25,718 bases of DNA. Origin: an uncultured delta proteobacterium. GTDB lineage: Bacteria; Myxococcota_A; Polyangia; Polyangiales; B10-G4. Position numbers and translations under genes: made by a program. Within the stretch, counting starts at the first letter, position 1, and each line of letters begins with the position of its first letter. The notes under the pieces are model-generated. The model was not told the DNA's origin. It saw only the letters and a list, made by a program, of their open reading frames with translations, and did no database searches. The stretch spans positions 1 through 25,718 of the forward strand of contig CAVSGI010000019.1 in NCBI GenBank assembly GCA_963727445.1, read 5' to 3'. Positions 1 to 9,345 of this stretch are shown here, piece by piece.

Positions 1-37
1 GCTCGCCCACGCCCACCTCGAGCACCGTGGGTGTCGG

Positions 38-1387
38 CTAATCCCAGGGCTCCGAGTCGAGCTCCACCGCGGCGCCGGCGGGCGTCGAAGACAGTCGGAG
101 AAACCCGGTGCGCGAGTCGGGGGCGGTCGCCATCGCCGCGTCGCTCTCGGTCGGGCTGGCGCGCGCCGCCTCGTCGTCGTCGAGGGACGACACGAACGCG
201 ACGCCGCCCACCCCGGCACCAACCGCCACCAGCACCGCGGCAATCGTCGACAGACGCCCCCGTCCTGGCAGCTCCACCGGGCTCGAGTCCTCGCCACGCT
301 CGGCGTCGGCGACCGGCACCCGCGGCGCCGTCATCTCCGGCGGCCCGCTGACCCTGGTGGCCGCGTCGCCCTTCGCCGTGCCCGGGCCGGCGTCGATGCC
401 CAGCAGCTTGGCGAAGGCGCCATCGAGCTTGGGCCCGGTGGTGGTCAGGGGCCGCGCGCCTTTGCCCATGGTGCCCATCACGAAGGCGCTCACCGAGCCG
501 CGATTGACGCCAATCTCTCCGTCGGCGAGGGCGTCGAGGGCCACGATGACGTGATGCGCCGAAGGCGGCCGGCTCTCGGGATCGATCGACAGGAGCGAGA
601 GCACCAGGGCGTCGAGCTCCGGGGGCACGGCCCGCAGTGTCGAAGGCGCGACGTGCTTCGGCGCTCGCGCCACCTCGATGGCTGCGAGCTGGTCGGGGGC
701 TTCGAGGGCGCGACGCCCGGTCACCAGCTCGAAGAGCACGAGACCGAGCGCGTAGAGGTCGGTGCGGGGGCTGACCTCCTGAGCGAGGACCTGCTCGGGC
801 GCGGCGTAGTTGAGCTTGCCCTTCAGCGTCGCGGTGGCGGTGCGGGTGGCGCGCTCGGCGGCCTTGGCCACGCCGAAGTCGAGCAGGCGCACCAATCCAT
901 CGGTGGCGACGAGGACGTTGGAGGGGGAGATGTCGCGATGGATGATGGAGAGCGGCCGGCCGTGCTTGTCGCGCGCGCCGTGCACGTAGCCGAGGATCGC
1001 GGCGAGCTCGCGGCCGATGGAGAGGGCCACCGGCAGCGGCATGCGCTCGCCGATCGCGTTCGTGTGCCGCAGGATCGCCCGCAGATCCCACCCCGGAACG
1101 TACTCGAGGATCATCAGGAGGTCACCGCGATGCTCCACCGCGTCGATCACCGGGACGACGCCGCCGTGAGTGAGCTGGCTCGAGACCCGTGCTTCGTCGA
1201 GGAACATGGTGACGAACTCCGGGTCGTCGACCAGGTGCGGGTGGATGCGCTTGATGGCGACGGTGCGCTCGACGCCGCGCGCGAGCTTCATCCGCGCGAC
1301 GTAGATCTCCGCCATCCCCCCGGACGCGAGCCGCCCTTCGATCACGAAACGATCGGCGACGACCTCACCCGGGTCCCAACGACTCAC
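38..1387 (-). CDS. Hanks-type Ser/Thr protein kinase with TM helix and start of a PEGA domain; probably continues past an in-frame TAG and off the window edge
   Basis: Motifs [24 protein letters not shown] and [27 protein letters not shown]-like [15 protein letters not shown]. After the TAG at 38-40 the same frame reads PTPTVLEVGVGE. Confidence 0.93.
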   Translation of the reverse strand: MSRWDPGEVVADRFVIEGRLASGGMAEIYVARMKLARGVERTVAIKRIHPHLVDDPEFVTMFLDEARVSSQLTHGGVVPVIDAVEHRGDLLMILEYVPGWDLRAILRHTNAIGERMPLPVALSIGRELAAILGYVHGARDKHGRPLSIIHRDISPSNVLVATDGLVRLLDFGVAKAAERATRTATATLKGKLNYAAPEQVLAQEVSPRTDLYALGLVLFELVTGRRALEAPDQLAAIEVARAPKHVAPSTLRAVPPELDALVLSLLSIDPESRPPSAHHVIVALDALADGEIGVNRGSVSAFVMGTMGKGARPLTTTGPKLDGAFAKLLGIDAGPGTAKGDAATRVSGPPEMTAPRVPVADAERGEDSSPVELPGRGRLSTIAAVLVAVGAGVGGVAFVSSLDDDEAARASPTESDAAMATAPDSRTGFLRLSSTPAGAAVELDSEPWD

Positions 1388-1396
1388 GCGAGGATT

Positions 1397-2750
1397 CTAC
1401 TCGACGCCGTCGTCCGTCACGCGGATGTCGTACTTCTTCATCATCCGGTGGATGTAGCGGCGGTTGACGCCGGCGAGGCGGGCGGCGCCGCTGACGCTGT
1501 AGCGGGCCTGACGGAGCACGTGCGTCAGGTAGGCGCGCTGGAAGAGCTCGCTCCACTTGTCGGAGGCTTCCTTGATGGGCATCTGGAAGTACGCCTGCAT
1601 CAGCTCCATCGCGGTGCCGGTGGTGGGGGACGTGGTGCCGCCCGCCATCTGCTCCGGGGACACCATGGCGCAGGCGCGCTCCACCGCATTGCGAAGCTCG
1701 CGCACGTTGCCTGGCCAGGGGCGCGCGGCCAGCGCCTGCATCATCTCCTCGCTCAGCGGCGACGCGCCGGGCGCGAACTGTTCGACGAAGTGGCGAACGA
1801 GCATCGGGATGTCGGTGCGGCGGTTGCGGAGCGGCGGCAGTGACACCTCGACGACCGCCAGTCGGAAGTAGAGGTCCTCGCGGAAGTTGCCTCGGTTGAC
1901 CTCGACCGCCGAGATCCCGGTTGGTCGCGGCCACGACGCGCACGTCCACGCTCCGGGCGGTGCTGGCGCCGACGCGCCGCACCTCGCGCTTTTCGAGAGC
2001 GCGCAGGAGCTTGGGCTGCATCTCGAGGGGCAGCTCGCCAATCTCGTCGAGGAAGAGCGTGCCCTTGTCGGCCTCCTCGAAGACGCCGCGACGATCGCCG
2101 ACCGCGCCGGTGAAGGCGCCACGCACGTGCCCGAAGAGCTCCGACTCCACCAGGGTCGCGGCGATGGCGCCGCAGTCGATGGTCACGAAGGGGCCGTCCG
2201 CCCGCGGCGAGTGCATGTGGACGCCCTCGGCCGCGAGCTCCTTGCCGGTGCCCGTTTCGCCGGTGATCAGCACCGTCGCCTCCGTCGGCGCCGCACGCTC
2301 CAGAATGGCGAAGGCCTCGCGCATGGCCGGGCTGTGACCGAGGAGACCGCCGAAGCTCTCCCGCGGCGAGAGCGGCACCACCACCGGGTCGGTGACCGGC
2401 GAGACGCGGATCGCGGTGGAGCCGACGCGCAGGAGCGAGGCCGGCGCCAGCACGGCCTCCATCACGCGCACGCTGTCGACGGTGGTGCCGTTGGTCGAGC
2501 CGAGATCGACGACGTGCACCTCGTCGCCCCGGAGCTTGACCTCGAGGTGCCGGCGGGAGACCGCCCCGTCGGTGAGGCAGAGGTCATTGTCCGTGCCGCT
2601 GCCGACGCGCACGATCCCGCGCCGCGCCGTGACCTCCCGGCCACGGTCCGGCCCTTCTACCACCGTCAGCTTGAGCCCCGGCAGCTGAAGCCACGCCTCG
2701 TCAGCCGCTCCGGCGAGGACGTTGGTCTTCGTATCGGTCTTGTCGGACAT
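1397..2750 (-). CDS. FHA-domain sigma54-dependent enhancer-binding protein (FHA, AAA+, Fis-type HTH), split by one frameshift near 1910
   Basis: FHA motifs ([13 protein letters not shown]), Walker [15 protein letters not shown], Walker [19 protein letters not shown]. The other frame continues [27 protein letters not shown] and [13 protein letters not shown]. Removing one base at about 1910 joins them. Confidence 0.92.
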
Positions 2751-2803
2751 GGAGCCGGGCGATGCTAGCAGCCGGCCACGACGCAATGTAAGCTCCGCCC
2801 GCC

Positions 2804-4555
2804 ATGACGCGCCCCATCCATTACCTATTGCCCCTGAGCCTGCTCTTCGCCTGCGGAGCACCCCCCGGAGCCCGCTCCGCCAACGACGTCGAAGGAGCGG
2901 TTCAGCTCTCACGGACCTACGAGGAGGGCAAGCGTTACAAGGTGCGCTTCGTCGTCGACGCCGCCATCCCAGCAGCCCAGCGCCTCGTACGCACCCAGAT
3001 CGATGCCGACGCCACCGTGACGCGGGTGTCGGAGAGCGGGATCGCGACCCTGGCGCTCGCCGTGGACGACGCGCTCCTCGAGCTGCCCCTTCATCCGATC
3101 GCCGTCGGCGCCAGTCATCAGGAGCTCGGCGGCGTGACGGCCGAGTACCGGATGGACAAGCGTGGTCGTCTACGCGGCGAGCCCGACGTCGAGGGCAACG
3201 AAGCTCAGACGCAGGCCCTGCTCTCCAGTCTCGGAGCGTTCCTCTGGGCGCGTCCCAGCTTCCCCACCGAGGCGGTGGCGGAAGGCGACGAGTGGGAAGC
3301 GCCGGTGGACTGGACCTGGGTGGGCGAGCAGCTCGCAGGCCAGGAAGAAGATCTGACCTACGTCCTCGAAGGAGTGGCGGACGGCGACCTCGGTCCGATG
3401 GCCGCGGTCTCCTTCGACGGGCGCGCGCATAGCGAGACCGTCCCCGTCTCCCAGGACGGTGCCTCGACCATCCGCGCGAACTTCCGCGTTCAGGGCGACG
3501 CCATGATCGCCGTCGACGACGGCCTGAGCGGCCACGGCTCGGCGCACGCGCGTGCGCGCTTCGACACCACCGGCCAGGCCGAGCAGATGGTCGGCAGCCT
3601 GCCGAGCGAGTGGGCGGTCGAGTGGTGCGTCGTGCCCGAGGGCGTGGAGTTCGAGGACGTGGGCTGCGGCACGGGCGAGCTCCTCGGCCCACGCATCCCC
3701 GATCCGTCCACTCCGACCGTCACCATGTACACCGGCGACGCCTGTGAGCCCCGCGTGACCGAGATGCGCGAGACGCTGGCCAGCGTGCCCGACAACCCCT
3801 CGCCCCCCGCGCCCGAGTTCGATCTCCCCGTGGTGGCCGACGGGGCAGAGCCCTTCGCGGCCGAGGGCCCGGCGCTCGAGATCGAGGGCGACGTGATCCG
3901 CGTCGACGGTCGCGACCTCGGGATCGACCGCACCATCGAGGCGCTCGGCAACCTGCGACAGCAGTGGGCGCAGCTCCGCCCCGGCACCGACGCGCCAGAC
4001 TTCCTCTACGTCATGGTGGACGCGGAGACGCCGGTCGCGACTGCGGGCCCCCTGCTCGCGCGCCTGGCCGAAGCGGATTGGAAGTTGCGCCTGGTGGTCT
4101 CCACGGGAGAGGAGGTCACTGAGCAGGAGCCTTCTCACCCTTCCCCCGAGTGGCTCGAGGCCCAGACCGCACGCCTGGAGACGCTCGGACCGAGCGACCA
4201 AGCGATGGCGATGGCGGGGCTGATGGGCGTGGCGCTCGGCGGCTGTGGCCAGGCGCTGCAGGCCTTCGGCACGTTGAGCTCGGCGGACTTCGACACGCGC
4301 GCCCGGTTGATCCGCGAGGGGCTGCCGGACGCGGTGCTCGCCTGTCACTGCGAGGCGCTCGACATGGACGCGCTCGAGGTGCTCCTCATCCAGGCGGGCG
4401 GACCCGCGGTGGGTGGGCTTCGTTGGCTGAAGTTCCCGCTCTCGACCGAGGAGAGCGCGCGCCGACTTCGGCTGGGACGCAACCCGACCGTCGCGCGCCT
4501 CGCGGAGGTGCTGGCGGGCCGGCAGGACGATGACACTCCCGTAAGGTTGCCCTGA
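2804..4555 (+). CDS. Uncharacterised two-part lipoprotein: beta-rich N-half; ExbD-like segment and Cys-containing helical C-half
   Basis: 583-aa ORF with GC3-biased codons; lipobox LLFAC; weak ExbD-like pattern IRVDGRDL...YVMVDAETP. Confidence 0.7.
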   Translation: MTRPIHYLLPLSLLFACGAPPGARSANDVEGAVQLSRTYEEGKRYKVRFVVDAAIPAAQRLVRTQIDADATVTRVSESGIATLALAVDDALLELPLHPIAVGASHQELGGVTAEYRMDKRGRLRGEPDVEGNEAQTQALLSSLGAFLWARPSFPTEAVAEGDEWEAPVDWTWVGEQLAGQEEDLTYVLEGVADGDLGPMAAVSFDGRAHSETVPVSQDGASTIRANFRVQGDAMIAVDDGLSGHGSAHARARFDTTGQAEQMVGSLPSEWAVEWCVVPEGVEFEDVGCGTGELLGPRIPDPSTPTVTMYTGDACEPRVTEMRETLASVPDNPSPPAPEFDLPVVADGAEPFAAEGPALEIEGDVIRVDGRDLGIDRTIEALGNLRQQWAQLRPGTDAPDFLYVMVDAETPVATAGPLLARLAEADWKLRLVVSTGEEVTEQEPSHPSPEWLEAQTARLETLGPSDQAMAMAGLMGVALGGCGQALQAFGTLSSADFDTRARLIREGLPDAVLACHCEALDMDALEVLLIQAGGPAVGGLRWLKFPLSTEESARRLRLGRNPTVARLAEVLAGRQDDDTPVRLP

Positions 4556-4558
4556 ACG

Positions 4559-5941
4559 ATGTCGGCTGAAATGGAAGCCATCCGCGACGCCATCGTCGCG
4601 GGAGAGGACGCAAAGGTCGGGACGCTGCCGCTGCCGCAGACGATGCGGGCGATCACCACCCACAAGGACGAGGTCGACATCTTCGCGGGCGTCCCCACGA
4701 AGGACAAGGACCCGCGCAAGAGCCTTCACCTCGACCAGGTCCCGATCCCCCAGGTGGGCCCGAACGAGGCGCTGGTCGCGGTGATGGCCTCGAGCATCAA
4801 CTTCAACACGGTGTGGAGCTCGATCTTCGAGCCCATCTCGACGTTCAAGTTCCTCGAGCGCGCCGCCAAGAAGAACCCGGCGATGAGCGCGTCGCACGAC
4901 CTGCCCTACCACATCCTCGGGAGCGACGCGTCGGGGGTGGTGCTGCGCGTCGGCCCCGGGGTGACCTCCTTCGCCCCCGGCGATCGGGTGACCATCCACT
5001 GCAACTACGTCGACATGCAGGCGCCCGACGGGCACGACGACTCGATGCTCGATCCCGACCAGCGGATCTGGGGCTTCGAGACGAACTTCGGCGGGCTCGC
5101 CGAGATCGCTCTGGTCCGCGCCAATCAGCTGATGCCGAAGGCCACGCACCTCTCCTGGGAGGAAGCGGCTTCGATGCCGCTCGTGAACTCGACGGCCTAT
5201 CGCATGCTGGTCAGCCACAACGGCTACCTGATCAAGCAGGGCGACATCGTCCTGGTGTGGGGCGCGGTCGGCGGCCTCGGCGGCTTCGCGCTGCAGTACT
5301 GCCTCAACGGCGGCGCCTTCCCCATCGCGGTCGTCTCCTCCGAAGAGAAGGAGAAGCTCTGCCGGACGGTGGGCGCGCGCTGGGTGATCAATCGCAAGGC
5401 GGAGGGCTACCGCTTCTGGAACGACGACGGCACGCAGAACCCCAAGGAGATGCGGCGCTTCGGCAAGAAGATCCGCGAGCTCACCGGCGGTGAGGATCCG
5501 GACGTGGTCTTCGAGCACCCCGGGCGCGCCACCTTCGGCGCGAGCGTCTTCGTCACCCGGCCCGGCGGCACGATCATCACCTGCGCCTCCACCAGCGGCT
5601 ACATGCACGAGTACGACAACCGCTATCTCTGGATGAACAAGAAGCGCATCGTCGGCTCGCATTTCGCGAACTACAAAGAGGCCTGGGAGGCCAACCGCCT
5701 GGTCTCGAAGCGCGCCATCCATCCCCTGCTGAGCGAGACCTATCCCCTCGAGGAGACGGGCGAAGCGACGCTCAAGGTCCACCAGGGCGACGCGCTCGGA
5801 AAGATCGGCGTTCGCTGCCTTTCCCCCGAGGATGGAATGGGTGTCACCGACCCGGACGGGCGCGCGCGACACATCGGGCAGATCAACCTCTACCGAAACG
5901 CCCTCGCTGGCGAGTTCCGCCTCGACAAGCGCGTGCCGTGA
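4559..5941 (+). CDS. ccrA: Crotonyl-CoA carboxylase/reductase
   Basis: Signature motifs VAVMASSINFNTVWSSIFEP, PYHILGSD, QRIWGFETNFGGLAE, VFEHPGRATFGASV, CASTSGY, DNRYLWM..KRIVGSHFANY. Confidence 0.95.
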   Translation: MSAEMEAIRDAIVAGEDAKVGTLPLPQTMRAITTHKDEVDIFAGVPTKDKDPRKSLHLDQVPIPQVGPNEALVAVMASSINFNTVWSSIFEPISTFKFLERAAKKNPAMSASHDLPYHILGSDASGVVLRVGPGVTSFAPGDRVTIHCNYVDMQAPDGHDDSMLDPDQRIWGFETNFGGLAEIALVRANQLMPKATHLSWEEAASMPLVNSTAYRMLVSHNGYLIKQGDIVLVWGAVGGLGGFALQYCLNGGAFPIAVVSSEEKEKLCRTVGARWVINRKAEGYRFWNDDGTQNPKEMRRFGKKIRELTGGEDPDVVFEHPGRATFGASVFVTRPGGTIITCASTSGYMHEYDNRYLWMNKKRIVGSHFANYKEAWEANRLVSKRAIHPLLSETYPLEETGEATLKVHQGDALGKIGVRCLSPEDGMGVTDPDGRARHIGQINLYRNALAGEFRLDKRVP

Positions 5942-6489
5942 AAACGCGCAAGAGGTGGGGGCCGCTGGTGATGGCGCTGCTGATCGGCAGCGCCCTCGTG
6001 TCCCTCGCTTTTTGTGGCGGCCTCTTCTACGTGTTCTTCATCGGCCTCGACAGCGAAACGATCTCCATGCCGCAGATGCGCATCGCGGTGACGGACGAGG
6101 AAGGCGTGCCGGTCCCCGGTGCGACGGTGGTGATCGAGCATTCGACGCAGCCCCACCACAGATTGGAAGAGAGGGTGGAGCTCACCGCCGACGATCACGG
6201 TCTGGCCACGACCGATCTCGTCGTGACGACCGAGAAGATCTACCCGCTGTGCATGCACGGCGTGCCTGGACACCAGCACTACGTGTGCATCGCGCATCCC
6301 GGCGCGATGCCGGTCGTGCTGCAGCTCGAAGAGACCCGCGATCCGATCGCGATCGAGGTGCCGCTACGCCGCGACCCGAGCAATACGCACTCGTGTACGG
6401 ACGACGTGAACGCGATGTTCTTCAGCGCCCGCACCCCACGGGGTGACATCGAGAGTGCTGATCACGTTTCTAGTGCGCGAGAGCCCTGA
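5938..6489 (+). CDS. Membrane-anchored hypothetical protein with a carboxypeptidase-regulatory-like beta-sandwich segment
   Basis: GTGA overlap with the ccrA stop; N-terminal TM helix; VTDEEGVPVPGATV...TADDHG pattern. Confidence 0.65.
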   Translation: MKTRKRWGPLVMALLIGSALVSLAFCGGLFYVFFIGLDSETISMPQMRIAVTDEEGVPVPGATVVIEHSTQPHHRLEERVELTADDHGLATTDLVVTTEKIYPLCMHGVPGHQHYVCIAHPGAMPVVLQLEETRDPIAIEVPLRRDPSNTHSCTDDVNAMFFSARTPRGDIESADHVSSAREP

Positions 6490-6602
6490 CTAGGACAGCG
6501 CTGTCATGGTTCACGGAGCCTCTGACGCGGGTGGATGGTCGAGTTGTCATCCAACGGACGCATTTTCGTAGTGATTTTGGCACGGGCGCCACATGTGAGC
6601 TT

Positions 6603-6618
6603 TGGCACGACGACTGCT
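6603..6618 (+). promoter_or_regulatory. Sigma54 (-24/-12) promoter for the 6649 lipoprotein gene
   Basis: TGGCACGACGACTGCT has GG-N10-GC spacing matching TGGCAC-N5-TTGC; followed by GGAGGA at 6632-6637 and ATG at 6649. Confidence 0.7.
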
Positions 6619-6648
6619 TGGTGGTCGGCCCGGAGGACAAACCCGAAA

Positions 6649-6951
6649 ATGATCCGAGCAATCTCCCTTCGACTCTTTCTGGTCTTGGCGCTCTCGTCGC
6701 TGAGTCTCATTGGCTGCTCCGACGACTCGACCATGACGTCGGACACCGGCACGGCCGACACCGGCACCGCGGACACTGGTGGTGGTGGTGACACCGGCAC
6801 GGCCGACACCGGCACGGCCGACACCGGCAGCGCAGACACCGGCACCGCGGGTGACGGCAGCACCGGCGACGGCAGCACCGGCGACGGCGGCACCGGCGAC
6901 GGCGGCGGCGACGCGGCCACGGGTGACGGCGGCGGCGACGCGGCAGCCTGA
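6649..6951 (+). CDS. Small lipoprotein whose mature part is entirely D/T/G/A low-complexity repeats
   Basis: SD GGAGGA; signal MIRAISLRLFLVLALSSLSLIGC; then DTGTA and GDGST-type repeats to the stop. Confidence 0.75.
   Translation: MIRAISLRLFLVLALSSLSLIGCSDDSTMTSDTGTADTGTADTGGGGDTGTADTGTADTGSADTGTAGDGSTGDGSTGDGGTGDGGGDAATGDGGGDAAA
6742..6948 (+). repeat. 15-bp-period coding tandem repeats (GACACCGGCACGGCC-like; DTGTA and GDGST units)
   Basis: Directly visible repeated units with synonymous variation. Confidence 0.85.
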
Positions 6952-6976
6952 ACCAGACAAACTCACATCCAGAATC

Positions 6977-7017
6977 GTGCCCGGACCGTACTGCTCACGG
7001 TCCGGGCACACTTTATT
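6977..7017 (+). terminator. Perfect 13-bp inverted repeat followed by ACTTTATT; intrinsic terminator or mRNA-processing stem
   Basis: GTGCCCGGACCGT (6977-6989), 7-nt loop, ACGGTCCGGGCAC (6997-7009). Confidence 0.7.
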
Positions 7018-7104
7018 GAGGACGCCCTTCCGCTGAATGCCCGTGTTTGTCGTTCGTCTCTCCGTGATACCGTTCCTTTTCCTCGACACGGAGAATCCAA
7101 ACAG

Positions 7105-7986
7105 ATGGACAACCGCCTTCGATATTCGCTCCTCGTTCTCGGCCTCGCCGGCCTCTTCGCCGCCTTCGCGCCCCGAGCGGCAGAGGCACAGCAACAGGCC
7201 ACCTCCTGCGGCGGCATCTACGTCTCCGCCGACACCATGTGCGAGATCCTCGTGGAGGGCGGCTGCACCGCGCAGTGCGAGCCGATCAACTTCACCGCGT
7301 CCTGCTCCGCCGACCTCTACGTGAGCTGTGATGGGATGTGCAACGCGAGCTTCGAGGCGTCGTGCACCACGGATTGCTCCGCCAACTGCATGGCGAGCTG
7401 CGAGGTGGATCCCGGCATGTTCGACTGCCAGGCCGACTGCACCGCCGACATCGGCGCGCGCTGCGACGCCCAGTGCTCCGCCGAAGCCGCCGGCTCTCAG
7501 GCGGCCGCCGAGTGCCACTCGAGCTGCGAGACCACCTTCGAGGCCGAGTGCAACGCGAGCTGCGAGGCGACGCCGCCGATGGCCGACTGCATGGCGAGCT
7601 GTCAGGCGAGCTGCGAGGGCAGCTGCACCGCCGAGGCGAACGTCGACTGCCAGGTGAGCTGCCAGGCGGACGGTTACGTCGACTGCGAGACCATGCTCAC
7701 CGGCGGCTGCCAGACCTCCTGCATGGAGCCCACGGGCGGCCTCTTCTGCGACGGCCAGTACGTGGACGCCTCGTCAATCGACGCCTGCCTCATGCAGCTG
7801 TCGGATTTCGAGGTCATGACCGACACCAGCGCCACCGCGATGTGTGACTCGACCGGCTGCGAAGCCACCGCCGATGCCTCGGCGAGCTGCGCCGTCTCCC
7901 CGGTCGCTCCCGGCCGTCCGACCGGCGCCGGCTGGCTCGCCCTCCTCGGGCTGCCGCTGATCGCGCTCTTGCGTCGCCGCCGCTAG
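7105..7986 (+). CDS. Secreted Cys-rich protein (33 Cys) with MYXO-CTERM sorting signal
   Basis: Signal peptide ending AEA; CxxxC runs; C-terminal SCAVSP...WLALLGLPLIALLRRRR. Confidence 0.88.
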   Translation: MDNRLRYSLLVLGLAGLFAAFAPRAAEAQQQATSCGGIYVSADTMCEILVEGGCTAQCEPINFTASCSADLYVSCDGMCNASFEASCTTDCSANCMASCEVDPGMFDCQADCTADIGARCDAQCSAEAAGSQAAAECHSSCETTFEAECNASCEATPPMADCMASCQASCEGSCTAEANVDCQVSCQADGYVDCETMLTGGCQTSCMEPTGGLFCDGQYVDASSIDACLMQLSDFEVMTDTSATAMCDSTGCEATADASASCAVSPVAPGRPTGAGWLALLGLPLIALLRRRR

Positions 7987-7989
7987 GCG

Positions 7990-8478
7990 TCAGGCGACGA
8001 AGCGCACACAGCCGACGAGCACGACCGACCCCTCTTCCAGGGTTGGCTTCGTACCGGGCACGTCCTGGATGGAGCAGATGGGGACCGCGCGAATCTGCGT
8101 GATCTCCTCCGGGAAGTCAGGGGTCGCGTCGTCGTCGATCACCACCACGTCCTCGTCGAGGTCGCGGACGTCGGCGCGCAGCTCCTCGAGGAGCTCGATG
8201 CCGACGACGCTGCCGTCGAGATGCGTGCACGCCCACTTCACCACGCCCAGGCGGGGCTCGGAATCACCCTCGATGGAGAGGAGCACGGTGCCTCCGACCA
8301 AATCGCCGGTGGCGAAGAGCGCGACCCGAATCCCGGTTCGGCTGAAATCCAGCACGAACCCCTCCACCGACCGAGCCAGGAGACGCACGTTGCGATTCGA
8401 ACGAAGGCGACGTGACCCCCGGCGCTCGGCGCCGGAGCTCGCTCTGGGGATTGGCTGGTCGGGGGAAGGGGCGTGCAT
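7990..8478 (-). CDS. PilZ-domain protein (putative c-di-GMP receptor)
   Basis: ERRGSRR (RxxxR), DFSRTG (DxSxxG), VVKW and GIEL strands. Start placed at ATG 8478. Confidence 0.7.
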   Translation of the reverse strand: MHAPSPDQPIPRASSGAERRGSRRLRSNRNVRLLARSVEGFVLDFSRTGIRVALFATGDLVGGTVLLSIEGDSEPRLGVVKWACTHLDGSVVGIELLEELRADVRDLDEDVVVIDDDATPDFPEEITQIRAVPICSIQDVPGTKPTLEEGSVVLVGCVRFVA

Positions 8479-8490
8479 GGCCCGAGAAAA

Positions 8491-8506
8491 AGCACGAGCC
8501 GTGCCG
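8491..8506 (-). promoter_or_regulatory. Putative sigma54 promoter for the PilZ gene
   Basis: Minus strand CGGCACGGCTCGTGCT has GG-N10-GC spacing; predicted +1 near 8480, 2 nt before the ATG. Confidence 0.55.
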
Positions 8507-8611
8507 CCCGAATCCCAGGCAAATTCAGGCTGGAGCCCGCGGCAATCGGGGCGCCCGAGCAATCTTTGCCTGCCAGATCTGCCCACCCATTCTCGGGTAT
8601 GCTCGCCATCC

Positions 8612-9337
8612 ATGGGCGGCATCACCACTCCATACAACAATCCGATCGGCAGGGAGCGATGGGACAGGATCGTCCAATTCCTCGAGCTCCCGCGCGAGCC
8701 ACGGATGGTCGACATCGGTTGCGGTGAAGGAGAGCTGCTGAAGGCGTGCCTCACCGCGCACAGCGGAAGCGCCCTCGGCATCGACGCCGACGCGCAAGCG
8801 CTCGAAGAAGCCGCAGAGAAGCTCGCCGCCTTCGGTGAACGGGTGCGCCTCACCCACGACAAGATCGAGCACGTTCAGCTGCCGGACGACGCATTCGATC
8901 TGGTGATCTGCGTCAACTCGACACACGCCTTCGGCCCGCTCCCCGACGGCTTCGACCGAGCGCTCGCCGAGTGCAGGCGGATGGCGACCCCAGGCGGTCT
9001 GGTGCTCTTCGGCCACATGTGCTGGAACAAGGTGGCGCCCGCCGCCTATCTATCGGCGACCGGCATCGACGCCCACGAGCTCGGCACCCATCGCCACAAC
9101 GTGAGCCGCGGCGAAGCGGCGGGCCTGTTGCCGATCTACGCGACCACTGCGACCGTCGAGGAGTGGGATCATTTCGAGAGCGGCTCGTGGGCCGCGGCAG
9201 AGCTCAACCTCCGCGAGCTCCCGGACAATCCGCGGCTGGCCAAGGCTGCCGACAAGCGGCGCGCCTGGCGACGTGCCTATCTCGAGCACGGCCGAGCGGT
9301 GCTCGGCTTCGGCGCCTACGTCTTCCTCGTGCCCTGA
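8612..9337 (+). CDS. Class I SAM-dependent methyltransferase
   Basis: Motif I VDIGCGEGEL, GIDAD, FDLVICV, TPGGLVLF. Start placed at ATG 8612, 8 nt after a TATGCT box. Confidence 0.85.
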   Translation: MGGITTPYNNPIGRERWDRIVQFLELPREPRMVDIGCGEGELLKACLTAHSGSALGIDADAQALEEAAEKLAAFGERVRLTHDKIEHVQLPDDAFDLVICVNSTHAFGPLPDGFDRALAECRRMATPGGLVLFGHMCWNKVAPAAYLSATGIDAHELGTHRHNVSRGEAAGLLPIYATTATVEEWDHFESGSWAAAELNLRELPDNPRLAKAADKRRAWRRAYLEHGRAVLGFGAYVFLVP

Positions 9338-9345
9338 GGCGACAT

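Noticed and set aside
1905..1915. Frameshift in the sigma54 activator as programmed frameshifting or a pseudogene
   Set aside because: No slippery heptamer; both halves are intact; similar single indels at 9385 and about 21855 point to sequencing error.
5583..5594. GCGCCTCCACCA matches the ssrA 3' end (possible att duplication)
   Set aside because: It encodes the conserved CAST motif inside intact ccrA, lies upstream of ssrA, and there is no integrase; a chance 12-mer.
3170..5872. 900-aa minus-strand ORF and other long shadow ORFs (e.g. 11871-13703, 20089-21864)
   Set aside because: They are antisense or alternate frames of well-supported genes; stop codons are scarce in high-GC DNA; no recognisable motifs.
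6742..6948. Repeats as a CRISPR array
   Set aside because: Units are 15 bp, contiguous and in-frame coding, with no unique spacers and no cas genes. The same applies to 17938-18045.
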